Part shown: positions 22,201 through 35,005 of the stretch, one piece after another
How the letters are laid out: each line of letters begins with the position of its first letter
How positions within the stretch are numbered: the first letter of the stretch is position 1
DNA from: Haplodiscus bocki
Lineage: Eukaryota
Length of the DNA stretch: 64,000 bases
Direction of reading: 5' to 3'
Assembly: GCA_965655095.1 (NCBI GenBank)
Contig: OZ296648.1
Location: 40,176,001-40,240,000, forward strand
Made by a program: the position numbers and the translations under genes
Notes under the pieces: model-generated
The model's database searches: none
Seen by the model: only the letters and a program-made list of their open reading frames with translations
Told to the model about the DNA's origin: nothing

Positions 22201-24624
22201 ATTCGACAGCAAATCAGATACTAAAAATTAGTCTCTCGAAACCATAGTTTTTATTTTGGAACTGAAAGAAGTTCAATGATATCTCGATTTTGTGCCAAAA
22301 GTTAAAAATTTCAATATGCACCCTGGATTTTTTTGCCACGCATGACACATTATTTTTTGTGCGTGCCTTGGTAGCCTTTTGTAGGTAGGATTTTGTAATT
22401 TCAGGAAACATTAATTTTTTATAAATGAGTGTGGGTCGATTCGAAGTGAGAAGAGCGTGTCACAAAAAAAAATTACTCTAATAGCCCGCTTCTTCTAAGA
22501 ACGCCGAGTGAAAACTTCATCTTGAGAGACTTCCCAAAATTTGAACTCTTTGCAAATCTGACTTTTTGCATTGATTACTGCTCGTACATAAATAAATTGA
22601 TGGTTCGCGCCGCAACAGAATGAAAAAGGTAGAAAAAAACCCGAAATTTGGGTATTTCGTGGACAAAACACGAAAATTTGCCATTTTTGCCCGGAAAAGC
22701 GATAGCTTTCAAGAGTTAAATTTCGGTATTAATTTAGTCAAATTCTGCGAGAAATAAGTAGTCTTGCTGACTTGATGGGGAAAATAGCGGAAATTCGGAA
22801 GGAAACAGCAAATTTGCGATTCATGGTCAATTCTTGATCAGGGAATATTACGCCAAAATTTGCAAAAACACCACATTGTACAACCACCTTGAAAAACACG
22901 TTCTTGACGTTTCGTGGTTGATTATTTAGCACTGGCGCAGAACTACAGTTAAAGCGTCAACTGAGGTTGAAATCCTCAAGTGAGGCAGAAGTGTCAGGGA
23001 CATAGATTTTGTCTGAAGAAATAGTCCTTATATTATATTCAACCTTCGGCTTCGATATTAAAAATAGACAATGCCAGATAATCATCACAAGCTACAAGCA
23101 GCGAGTAGTTGAATCAGTACTGAGTGGACACAAACCTTAGTCAAGAAAGAACAAAAAAAACATCTTCGATTTTCAACGTTACGATATTTCGCGATAAAAG
23201 TTGAGAATAGACCATCTCGGCTACTCCTCAGAAGCTACAAGAAGCGAGTGGTTGAATAAAGACTGGGTGGACCCAAGCCGACCAGCAGTTATTCACAAAA
23301 ACGCCTAAAGATTGACAAAACTAAAACCTTGATTTTCCAGTAAAATAAAATCTCACGCTACTACGATCTCCGATGGTCGCTGCGGTAATCTCACGCAGCT
23401 TTGCTTTCTCTAGGAAAAAGTTGAAACTTTTTTAATGTCGCTGGAAAGTCTTTATTTCGGACGAGTTCGCAAAATGTTTGAAAAAGGTTAGAAAAAACAA
23501 AACCGAGTAACATTTTGAGTACCTAGTAAAATCAGAATTTTCCCAATTCCTAAAAAGGAAAGCAGTCCGTAATTAATATACTTCGCTTGTTCGCTCGTGT
23601 AATTATTTGAGAAACTTTGGACATCGACTAAAATTTCAAAAAATAAAAACATAGCTGCATCCACAAGCGGAAGGCGATTTCGCAATTTTTAAGGGCAAAA
23701 TACTGCGTAGCAGGCAAATAGAATACAGATCAAAGATTTTTCCGGTTCTATGGCTCACAGGCATATATCTCTGATCAAATGCAATTTTAATTACAATAAC
23801 AAAACTTCAGATTTCAGGTCTTTTATGGCGTGCCGTCTAGTTGAAACAGGAAGAGGAACAAAAGCGAGTGGTAATGATTATTGTACCGCCGTGAGTAAAT
23901 GACGTTTTTGATTTAAAAGGATCAAGAACCAAAAGAGTCAACCCAAAACAAACTCGGCCTGCAAATGGAAGGCGGCGTGGGCGTATCTTTAGTTTAACTC
24001 AATCAATTACTTCTAAGGTTTGACTGAATAAAGTTTACACGAAAACAAAACATCAATAAAGCGGTTTATAATCGAAAAGAAACGAACACGCAATTTACTC
24101 AACTGCAACTTAGAATACATAACCGGTACCACTCGTCGTCTTGTCATGCCTGTTAAGAAGACGGACTATCATCCAAGATACATTTTTTCCACAACCAAGA
24201 CTGAATTTTGACCCATCTTCGCTCAATAATTCTCAATCAAAGCTAGCTTCCTGTAGAAGATATATAACCGTTGAACACAATTTGTTGATGATCATATGCA
24301 TAAACATGATATTATGATTTTTTAAATCAAAACATTCTACTAGAAAACTAATTCTACAATTGATAGATTTTACATAGTAAAATATTTTTATCCACAGCGG
24401 ATAATCATTTTTTTAAAAAAAAATATAGTTTTTTTCGATAGAATTTATCAACAAAACCACAGCACAGTTTAAAAAACACTTTGAAGAGTTATTTCAGGGA
24501 GAAAAGTTGAACCTATTATCACATTGCACGCAACTGTTTCACATCTATTTGCATCTATTGATCCAGCTAAGCTCATCGGAACTTTTCTTCTCGTTAGAAA
24601 ACTAGAACTATAAACACAAGACCT

Positions 24625-24950
24625 TCATTGCATCAGGAATTGATCACTTTGGGAGTCAGTTGAACAGTGAGCCGATTCATTGAAGGATTGCTCCAAGTCT
24701 TTGTTTGCGAAATTTCTTTTCATGTACAGTGAGAATATCTTGTCAATAAGAGAACTTTGCTCTTCCACCAGTTGGTCGACATCGTTTTGCTTGCGATAGA
24801 GATACTTGTCTACCTCCGCCGGTTTTCCCATCAACCACTCCACTCTCTCGATAGCCTTCTGCAAGTTGGAGTGAATTCTATGTTGCTCTTGTTGATCGTC
24901 TTGAGCCTTCAGCCACCGGTCCACCGCTTCTTTGACAGTTTTATTATTCT
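24625..24950 (-). CDS. Candidate coding exon (helical/coiled-coil-like) or pseudogene exon
   Basis: Acceptor-like gtttgattag/ at 24952-24951, then an open frame ENNKTVKEAVDRWLKAQDDQQEQHRIHSNLQKAIERVEWL…DQFLMQ* with protein-like composition and higher GC than its flanks. No homolog recognised. Confidence 0.45.
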
Positions 24951-26099
24951 CTAATCAAACAAATACCACTCAAAAATCTGCACTGAGCGCTGAATCGACA
25001 TGTCATTCATGAAACGGAACGTTTACGATGCGAACAAGTGGGGAACGGCTCAATTCCCTAACGTTCGCAGAATTCGTGGTAAGATTCAGAGGTTCAAAAA
25101 AACTTTTTTTTTGGAAAACCCTCTCTGTCTACCAACGAGGGGGAGGGGTAGCTTTGCAATTTTTTAAATGAATTTCTTGCCACAGATCCAAAACCCCAAG
25201 GGTAATAGTGCCTTGAAAAATTCTTGAATTTCGAAAAAAATCGAATAAATCTAGAGCGCCACCATGCAGATGTATATAACAACGAGAACATCACAATTTT
25301 TAAACGAAAACTTATTGCCTCAGTGCCAAAAAATTAGCTTGGCAACTTTCTGGACTACTAACAAATTAAGGACTTTGGTACAAACAATAAGTTTTTGCTC
25401 GCACTCATTTGCTTACGTTAATGTGGTCTAAAAAACGAACCTGGTTTAAGAGTATTTAAGGGCTTCCTTTCAGTTACAACAATATTTAGATTTTAATCAT
25501 GGCTTAATATTGCTCCAATACATCGACAACTTCATCAAGTACCTGACGTTGTTAGCATTTACAACCGATGCAGATCTCACTCCGAAAAATTCGGTGTCTT
25601 TTGAAACGTTATCACGAGTTTTTATTAACATTCGATTTCAACTGCATTACACTGTGATAAAATTGAAGGAAAATTATGATCTATTTATGGCACTTATAGT
25701 TACGATTTTCCTTCGTAATATATTATGGGAAAATCTTCAGCTCCGTCAGTGAACATTTTAAAGCCGAATTCCTAATTCGGTGTGACTGTTCAAGCACAGT
25801 CGCTGTTCCAAAGTTTAAATCGATTAAGATAACTTCATTGAAACGAAAAAAAGGTTCATTACTTTCGTAAAAAGTTGATTCAAAAAAATGTTGTAGGGAC
25901 AAAAGTTTCATGAAATTTCACGACGATTATCAGGATTTTTTCCATTTTTGAATTCCTTTTTTGCTGGATTTATTCACCCCCTCTATCACTTTCGCTCAAT
26001 TTTAAATTTCGATAGATAAAAACTCCATGAATACAAACGATATTGGGCAAAAATTTATAATTTCGAAGATTCAATTATCCTCCAAACTTTGAACATTTA

Positions 26100-27860
26100 T
26101 GCGGAAATGCTTGACATGTGAACGAGGTAAAGAAATGGTCAGATCACAAGATCAAATTTTCACAGCAAAAACGTTCACGCTGGGAGTGAACAACGTTTCT
26201 GCCTGAACAGTTTCCACAGTGCACAAGGTCCAGCTAAAGTTGTCGCATTGTCAATTGCAGAGTGCTAAGAACATCCTGACAGCGCGCATATTTTCCCCGG
26301 AGCAGGTGAGAAATGATCTGGTATCAGTCGGAGTGATACTCTTCTTGCCAATCTCCTTCCACGTTAAGAAACGGAGAACGTCTTTTGAAAAGACCAGGCA
26401 GAAATACCTGAAAAAACTGTCGAGCATCTCAGCTGAGCAGGAGTCCCCGAGGAGCCACCAGAATCGCCGTAGTTGAAGATGGTTTGAAGCTTCCTCAGCC
26501 TGTCTTCTAAAAACTGTCTATTGGCTCGAAGCACCCAGTTATCATTCAATCGAACTTTTTCAAACCAAAATAGAAAAATTCGTTCATCAAAGACAGGCAC
26601 CCGAATGTGATACGAGCAATGCAGAAATAATGTTCTCGCTCTTCAATAAAGCAGAAAACTAAGTAAACAGAAGGTCGACCGCATGGTTTCCGCTGGCCAC
26701 AATTTTTTTGAGTTCTAGTGGTTCGCTTATCGTTCCTTTCGATAAAGGTTTTGGTCATTAATAATGGTGAAGAAGACCTCTCACCAACGGATAATTACTG
26801 ACATTCTGAAGAACCCTCAGTTCGAAATTATGCCCAAAAACGAAACTACAAATGTACATGACACTTTGCTGGAGGAAGGAGACCCCGCGTCAACTCAGAT
26901 TTACAGACACTTCTGAAAAATGGAGAAATTTCAGAGCAACTTTAAAATCGTTTCACATCCGCGAGAAGTCTTCAGGCACAATTCTACTTTCTCACTAGAG
27001 TGCATATAGCTGGCGTCCTGTTGAGACCTACCGTATCACTGCCCGGATCATTGTATGACAAATTAGGATGCTGCTTGGCTCGACTGTTGGCGAAACTGGT
27101 TGAATCCAAATCCATTGCAGCACATATTCTGGAGCTCAGATCTTTCGATCGGTCGAGCTAAGACAAAACGATAACACTGCATTGCTGGATTTCACGGCGT
27201 TCTTTACTATGGTACCGCTACGTGAAACCTTACAACGTGCTGTCGTCCTACTTAAGACTGATGACTTGTAAAATGATTAAACTGACTGCGATCAAGTTGG
27301 TTCTTTTAACCACGAGTGGCTTTCCCATCATCCCCGCGAATGGATATTTCCTCAAGTAGACGGGATTTCTTTTGGGGGCGTATCTTGCGAATGTGTTTAT
27401 CTCGATATGCCGAAATAATAGGCGATAAAAGTGCAGGCACTATCTACGGACGTTATGGTGATGAAATTCTGGTGAGACTGGCAGCAAAGTTTACCGAAAG
27501 TCCTAAAGTGAATCAGCTCCACCTCGAGAATCCGCGTGCACTATATCCTTTCAGATCTCAAATCAGTGAGAAGCCGTACATCGATGAAGCTGAGTTAGTT
27601 CAAGAAAACAAACACACGTCGAGAACGTTTCTCCAAAAGCCCCAAAAATTGGGACAAAATTGTCGTTTGCGGTGCGGCATGTCATTTACTTCTGATAACT
27701 TGGTCGTGAAGAGTTCAAAGACAATTTCTCAAAAGTTCATTAGTAGAAGCAAATCAAATCAAAATCCACATGCAATTGCCAACGCAGAAATAACACATTC
27801 ATTGAACATAATACATTCATTGAACAGGCCCTCATTATAGTTGAATCAATAGAGGATGAA
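26100..27860 (+). mobile_element. Decayed Penelope-like element (RT plus GIY-YIG-type tail remnant)
   Basis: VLLRPTVSLPGSLYDKLGCCLARLL (27015-27089, cf. PLRPIxSxxGSxxxxLAKxL), DFTAFFTMVPLRETL (~27188-27232, cf. DVxSLFTNVPxxETI), QVDGISFG (~27353), LANVFIS (~27385), IYGRYGDEILV (~27441-27473, RYVDD position), KFTE…NQL, and LVEANQIK (~27740) near the expected endonuclease C-terminus. The 5' boundary is approximate. Confidence 0.7.
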
Positions 27861-27949
27861 CCCATTTCGATAAGTACTTACAAAAAACACTTGTAGCGAG
27901 CAACAAGTAAAAAAATTAGAATCAAAAGTTCAGATATTTCGGAACAGGA

Positions 27950-28530
27950 GTCAGAAAACAGAATACCGGCTGCCTGTTCAAAAGTTCCGGCAGTGAGCAT
28001 TTGAATTTGTAGTCGATGGATCCAATCGGACCAGTAGCCGTCAAGAAAAATACTTGAGGAATAACTCACCTGAAAACGAAGTTAATTTCTAACTACCAGT
28101 TAAAATGTTTCGACCCAAACTATGAAAGTTAGATCCCGCCATTCCAAAGGACGGCTTCGTTGCAAGAAATCGAATTTGCACTATATGGACGCAATTTGAC
28201 CTCTAGCTTTCAAGGAAAACACTTTGAACAAAAGACAACTGAAAAAATATGCGTCTGGCGAATTTTTAACTAATCTCCAGCATGAGATTCAAATATTTCT
28301 CTCTAGTTCATTCAAATCACGGAGTTCAATATTACAACACGTGAAGAAGATTTTGTCATGCTTCCACGTGGCTTGAACAAATTTCAACATTAGCAGGAAC
28401 GCATACTAAGTTAGCGAAGGCACATTTTGCGAAGAAAAGAAAGCCCTCCCAGATACATTTCGCTTCGCTTGCTAGCTCGTGTAATCAAGGTCTGAATTGA
28501 CATCCTTCTACTTTCAAAGTTATTCGATAA
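27950..28530 (+). mobile_element. Second decayed Penelope-like RT fragment, related to the one at ~20 kb
   Basis: Shares gacca.tagcc.tc.agaaaaatacttga.gaa with ~20244-20276 (seen as SSSIFL.GYWSD in both antisense ORFs). It is followed by weak RT-like remnants. Confidence 0.4.
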
Positions 28531-31270
28531 TACCTTTGCTCTTGTCCCTGGCGGTGGAAACCTGGTAGGTTGAAAACTCCAATTGGTATTAGTTGTTGTT
28601 TTCAAAATCTCGTTAAGGGAAAGTGCCGGTTTTATTGTCAAAATCATGTCATGAGTTTTCGATCAACCATTTCTCCGACCCTATGATGGAGTTTCTTGTT
28701 CAGTTTCAATTCCATAATCATATCACCCGAAGATGAGACAGCTTATGGTAGAGGAAGATAATATTGCACATAATCTTGTTGTTTCATTACGTCTGCAAAT
28801 CTTGATGGTAATGAGGGCCACACATTTCCATTCAGTAAGCAATCAATCAATTTTGAATCCATCCGAAGTTTTCGCCAGCGGAAAAGATCATAATGCAAGT
28901 TAAAAAGGACGAAAGAGCCAAAGGCCATTACCGCATAGATAGGCGAGCCTTCTCTCGTGCAAGCAAGCTTTTACTTCTATATCATGCAACATCCTAAGCT
29001 TAATTTAATAATACTTGAATTAACAATGCCTTCTGTGACCGTAAATTTAACTTCCGGTAGTCAGCCTATTCACATAAGAGTCAGAAACTGCTGACCGAAA
29101 CTTTCATTGATATTTGATCTAGGCAAAACAAACGCGCCATACAATCTGCCTTTGAAAAAGATGCGATTTTGGATGCCATAAGCTTTCGAGATAAGTAAAA
29201 CGAATGAACTAAAATATCATTTTTGCTTGTATGTGACAAATTAGCATGATTAAAGATTAGGCTACTCTAGGGCTTGAATAACGAAACACTGCAAGCTCTA
29301 CTATACACGCGATTCCCGGGAAAAATGAAATGGAAATTCCCAAATTGCATCCAAAGATCCATCCATTTGCAAGAGACAGAAAAAAAATCACTACCCTTCG
29401 GAAATTGACAGAAAAGTTTTCTTGCATTTGTAACAATGTTTTCTTAAACACTTCCGCTAATTCGTTTGCAAATGTAGTGCGCTTTCGTCAAAGGCCTCAA
29501 ATTAAACGAATTGCATTGGTAATCAGTTAAACTGTCTAGAAACTTGGCCGCAGTTTACAGTTGCTTCAGCTTGAAACCTCGATGAACTAAATTAAATGCC
29601 AAGTTACTGAAAACAAGCCAGGATTAGCCCAAGTACGCTCCGCTCGTATGGCTCAAAAAACTTGTAGCACGAAACTAAAAAAAATTGTTTCCTTTGAATT
29701 TTTTGCGTCTAGTAGTCTCGTTTTCAGACAAGTCCGAATTAATCAAAAGTCGGGGAAACCAGGCAAAAAACGGGGCGAGCAGTGTGATCCGCATCACCGA
29801 CCAGCTTAGAATTCTTTCCATTTTTCGTTGAAATTTGCGATTTCATGACAAAAATTAAGAGTAAAAGTCATTTACTCAAGGTTCACATTGAAATTTCCGG
29901 AAAGAGCATCAACCTTTCTGAATCAGTTGTCTGAAATTGATGAATTGACAAATTTTTATTTATTTCCAATGTTGATTATTTCCTTTGTGTACAAATGCAT
30001 ATTTAGTTATCTCATGTGTTATGGATAAAATTGCAAAAATAATGTAAAAGATATTTGAACAATTTCATGAAATTCAGTAGTTGATTATGCTGAGAAATCA
30101 TAAGCAAAAAACTTCTATCAACTTGGATATTTACCCGAAACTCAAAAGCGAGCGGTTTAGCGTTCAATTGAATGAAGAATCTTGTTATCCTGCAAAATTA
30201 CGCAAAACAGAAAAGGAACCTAGGATGTTCGGAACGGCCGATCATATCTTTTAAAGGAAATTTCATGTTTAAAAAGTTTTTGGGATTTTGGAAAGACAGT
30301 ATGTATCACGATTTTGTTCAAAGTTTTTCAGCACCTACAGTAGTGTTTTAAAAAAATGAAGCTCCTATGCATCAATTGACCAACTCTAGACATCAATATC
30401 TCTGAAACTATTCGAAATCGTTACTTTTGGTAGTTTCTTAGATTTTCATCTAGTTTACAATCGTTTGTTTCAAAATTTTACGACCAAAACAGCAAAAGTT
30501 AGAAATGGTCATTTTTGGACAAATTTATTTAAATTTCGTGTATTTTAGACATTTAAAGGCTTCAATGAAATTTTTTGACACGATTTGTACGTAAATGTTC
30601 CCCTAAATATCTTGAAACCATTAATCTGCTTATTTTTTAAAAATGTTTCAAATTGCCCATAAAATTGCTGTTTTTGTACACTGAACTTTGGAGTTACATG
30701 TTTTAAGATAGGTTGTACGATTTGCATTTTGGAAATTTCCAAATTCTATATATATTCAAAATATTTCTACAACCAAAATATGTCGCAGGATTCAAGAAAT
30801 TCTGGGGAACTTTTGTGGCACAAAATTTTTCAAACTTGGTTAAACTTCAAAAAAAAGAGATTACCAAAATTGGCAAATATTAACCAATGAAATTGCGAAT
30901 TGTGAGCAAATAACGAGATCCTATTGGCTAAGAAGCGTCAGTGAACGCGCTTTAGCTCCATTCTTCTAAAACACAGCTGTACTAATTTCGCAGAGGTTAT
31001 TCAGAAACTACCAGCAAAACTGAGAAGTAAAAATTGGAATTTGCCTTTCGAATATCTTGGGCTTTGCAATCACCAAAAATTTTGGTGAGTGCAAAGGGGT
31101 ATCAAAGTCCTCGTCAGAAAATTTCGTCTCACGGTACGGAAAAACTCCGTGGGAGACCTTTTTGGTGTTTTGCAAAATCTGGTCCTTCCAACAAAACCGG
31201 GAAGCCCTTTCAGAATAATTTCCAAAAATTGGACCGATTCGGAGCGAGCTAAAGCGTGTTACGAAACAAA

Positions 31271-32312
31271 AACAAGCCATGAATGGCCAGAGTCGGCACC
31301 GCCCGTAAGGCCTAAAATACCTAGAGCCCTGGTTGTTTTTCGAAAAAATTTTTGTACGAAAGAAAAAAGAGTAATCACTCGATTTTCTGCCAGCATTTTC
31401 GCGCAATGCTGAAACCACATGAATAGTTTAACAAGCCAAGAATGGCTAGAGTCTGCGCCGTCCGTATGGGTCAAAATACTCATAGAACGGAACTGACTTT
31501 GATGTTATAAAAATCGTATTTTGGTATATTTTGGGTATAAAAGAAAACAAAACTATACCGTGGTTTGAACCTGCGACCTGTTGCTTCGGAGCCTTTTTGT
31601 TGTACTCACTGGGCCATATAAATTGTAAAATAGGAATTATCATGCAAACAAAATTTCAGAAAACCTGAACCACTTAGTATCCAACCGAAAAATAACTGTG
31701 CTGGAGCCAATCAGAAACGAATCGAATTCCTTAGTATCCAATGCAAAGTCAATGCGAGTAAAAACACGTTCACTTGATAAGCAAACTTAATTAGAAAGAA
31801 TATTAAATCCTGGTAGATCGTAAAAATAAACACAAACACTTTCACTCTGGCAGCCTGTTCACAGTTATGCTATAGTGAGTCCGACTTGCAACGGTCAGAT
31901 AAATAAACCGGCAACGGGCCAAGTATGCGCCTAATATGAAGTCCAAAATAGATATGGGTGTCCGTTGGTTTTGAAAAATTGGGCTTTTCTGACGATATTT
32001 TTCAGTAAAGGGACGCCAACAAGTTAGTAGAGGGACATCGCGGTTTATTATTTACTGCCTCGGAAAGCCCATATAAACTTGCTAGATGCTTTGCAAAAAA
32101 ATTGTATATGTGAAGCGGGTATTACAAAGGTCCGAAACTTTTTTTCTTTCATTTTAACGAAATCTTGGTTTGGAACTAATGGTTACCTGATAAATGTAAG
32201 ATATTGGCACAGTATAAAGATCTAGGTGCAGTATTAAACAGTTCATCATGTCAGAGTGAAAAAAAGCCACTGTAATAGTCGCACAATTCTCTTTAGTAAA
32301 AGCGTCGACCAA
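31271..32312. mobile_element. Family C Helentron/DINE-1-like repeats (termini at 31271 and 31430)
   Basis: Two AACAAGCCA termini 159 bp apart. A degenerate subterminal IR pairs agtcggcac/agtctgcgc with gcgtcgacc (~32302-32310). Confidence 0.5.
31556..31620 (-). repeat. tRNA-derived (SINE-like) Pol III promoter fragment inside the family C repeat
   Basis: Minus-strand A-box-like TGGCCCAGTGAG (31616-31605) and B-box GGTTCAAACC (31571-31562), in the context ggtcgcaggttcaaacc and with tRNA-like spacing. Confidence 0.5.
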
Positions 32313-34363
32313 AAACAAAGCAGTAGACATTCGGCGCTAGCTCAATGCTTCATAATCATCATTTCTGCGGCTCAAGGCTGAAAAAATTGGCACTTCGTGG
32401 GGCTCAAATATCGAAGAGCTAGAATTTAAAACCGGATTCCGACACCACCCAAAGAAAAACATGTCACTCTACGACGCGAGGAGGCTCTCTTTTGTTTCAC
32501 AGAAGTAGATCCTATAACAAACTGAAGCTCAAACACAATTGTTGAAGAGAGGATTTGTAAAAAAGCACGAGCGTTTTTATCCTACTTGCAATGGTAGTTA
32601 GAAAATTAATTCAGAAAAGCGAAACTTCAGAAAACATGGTGAAAACATTTACTTTGACGTCTCAACTACGCTTTTTCCAAATACTAGCAAAAATGGGCAG
32701 AAATATATCTTTGTATCACCTCTGATGAAGTTGTAGCAAAAACTTGATTTGCAAGAAGAGCAAAAATTCCCTGAAAAAAGCGGAAGTGTCTATTTTTGGT
32801 CAGCTTTGAAAAACTGAAATAACTTCCTCAGTTGTGAGAGATCCGCTAAATTAGGCAAAAAGATGTCTTTGTACTGATTTGACATTGACTAGTAGCTAGA
32901 AAGTTGATCCGGATGTCAAACATGCGAGAAACAGAAAGAAGAGCAAACTAGGCGATTTTTTACCGACTTTAAGGCATGAAAAACGCTGTTTTTCTTCAAA
33001 ATACACAAACATGGGAGAAAATGTTCAAATATTATCTTGTTGCATTGATTCATGCTAAACTTGTAGCCAAAAACCAAAAGTGCCATTATGAACTGCAAAT
33101 ATACCCATTTGTGGGGACATGACCTGGAGGTGTAGTAGCAAAGCTGAGATTGAAGGCATTAGAGTGAAAATTGGGGAAATATTGAAAAACAGCTACTTTT
33201 GTTGCATTGGAAACCCTATAAAAGATTGTTTTGGAAAACACATCAATTTTTACCAACAACTGCGTAAATGCTACCTTCAGCAACAATTTCTATTGCAATT
33301 TCAGCCACAGAACAGATTCAGATATCGAAATGTCCGAAAAACCGCAAAAAATTGAGAAACTAGCTATTTCTCTCGCTCTAAAATACCGTAAACGTCAGTG
33401 AAACAACCTTTAGAAACAATTATAGAAAAATACAATTGGATTTTCCAAGAGATGTATTTTGCTAAATTTGTGCTGTTTCAATGCACTACTTTTCACTAGT
33501 ACCTAGATGGTCGATACCGGAAAAAAGTGCGAGAATTCAGGAAAAATTGCAAAATTCGATAGTTCCAGCCAACTGTGAAACACTCAATAGCTATTTGTGA
33601 AAGTTTCAACTTTTGGAAAACGCCTCAACATTCATCTATTTCCAATTCTTACGCTGTTTGAGTAGTTTAAAACAGAATCGAGAAAGCAAAGGAGAAAAAA
33701 ATCCGAGAAAATATTGGAAACTTTCGTGAAACGGGAAACACAAAAGCTAGTGTTAATTCGGCGAAAAAACTTTTCAATAATTGGACGGTTGCCGTAATTT
33801 GATGTCTAATTTTTTTTTGGTACGTAAAGAATAGCAAATTGGGCAACAGTCGCGAAGTTGGGGTGAAAAATGATGAAGTACCTTTTATTTTACAATTGAA
33901 GACTCGAAAACCAAGGCGCAACTCTATTCAAAAGTCGGCTCTTAGGCACAAAGTTGAAATTTTGCCCGAGAAGTTGTTCCGGTAGGCAAAAAACGCAAAA
34001 AGACGGCCAAAAATCTTGAAAATATTGGTACCAAGATGCTAGCCATTCATGTCTACTTTGAGCCTAGCAAATGTGTTGAAAACATTGAAAGAAATGTGTT
34101 TGTCTATTCACCTTGTATGCTAGGAAAAAATTTCTAATAGAAGAGGTAAAGTATTGAAATGATGAACGTGGCGGGAAACTTCTAAGCAAAAAAAATCAAA
34201 GAGCAGTAGCGAAGTTGCAAGCAATGCCAAGTGAGGGAGAATTGTCGGATTGCAGTGATTCCTGCTTGGAAAAAAGTCTCCGTCATCCCGATGATAACCT
34301 CCGCCTTCGATATTTAAAACCCTTGCTCAAAAACAATAGCAATCAGCAGTGATACACTATGGT

Positions 34364-34835
34364 AACAAAAGACACCCGCCTACCACCGGGAAATTTTGCG
34401 CCCTCCAACCTTATCAGAGATGCTTTCTAGAACGATGAAAGCGCAGTTTGAAAAAAAACATCATCAATTTTTTAATTTTTCGCGAATCAAAAAGTTTCTG
34501 TATTTTAGCAAATCCTGAGTATAGGTGAAAAAGGACATTTAAGAAAACCTAATTCTATAGCAAACTTGCCACCTTTACTGCTTTTAAAAGCACTCAAGTT
34601 TCTTTGATTTCGTACGTATTTGAGACATCTTTATTCCACTTCCAAACTAAGGCAGATATTCTTTAATCCAGAGAAATATTTTGAGAAAAGAAAATCACTT
34701 TTTGTGAAAAAAACGATAGTCTCAAAAATATTTTCTGACACTTAGCGAAAAATTTCGGACTTTTGGCGAAAACTTTTCGGCAGGGTTGTCGAAACCGCAA
34801 TTTACATGTCCAAAGGAACATTTTGAGGAAAAATA
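34364..34835. mobile_element. Family A repeat, second copy, followed by internal satellite-like units
   Basis: Homologous to 2510-2750. tccagagaaatattttgag (~34667) and tccaaaggaacattttgag (~34809) mark a ~142-bp internal period. Confidence 0.45.
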
Positions 34836-34837
34836 AA

Positions 34838-35005
34838 TTACTTATTAACTTAATAACCTTACTAACTCTATTAACCTTACTAAGCCTAGTAACTTTACTA
34901 ACGTTCCTTTCTTTACTAATCTTACTAACCTGACTAACCTCACTAACTTCACCAACCTCACTCACGTGGCTAACCTCACCAACTGCGGCAATCTCGGCAA
35001 TTTCG
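34838..35005. repeat. Degenerate 9-bp minisatellite (ACTAACCTT/ACTAACCTC)
   Basis: Repeated ttactaacc/tcactaacc units. They generate the spurious VSEVGEVSEVSQVSK ORF on the minus strand. Confidence 0.75.

Noticed and set aside
26806-26830. Hammerhead ribozyme core (CTGAAGA…CGAAA) in the Penelope-like remnant
   Set aside because: No proper stem II/III pairing, and it lies inside the RT-coding remnant. The similar CTGACGA at ~8451 lacks GAAA.
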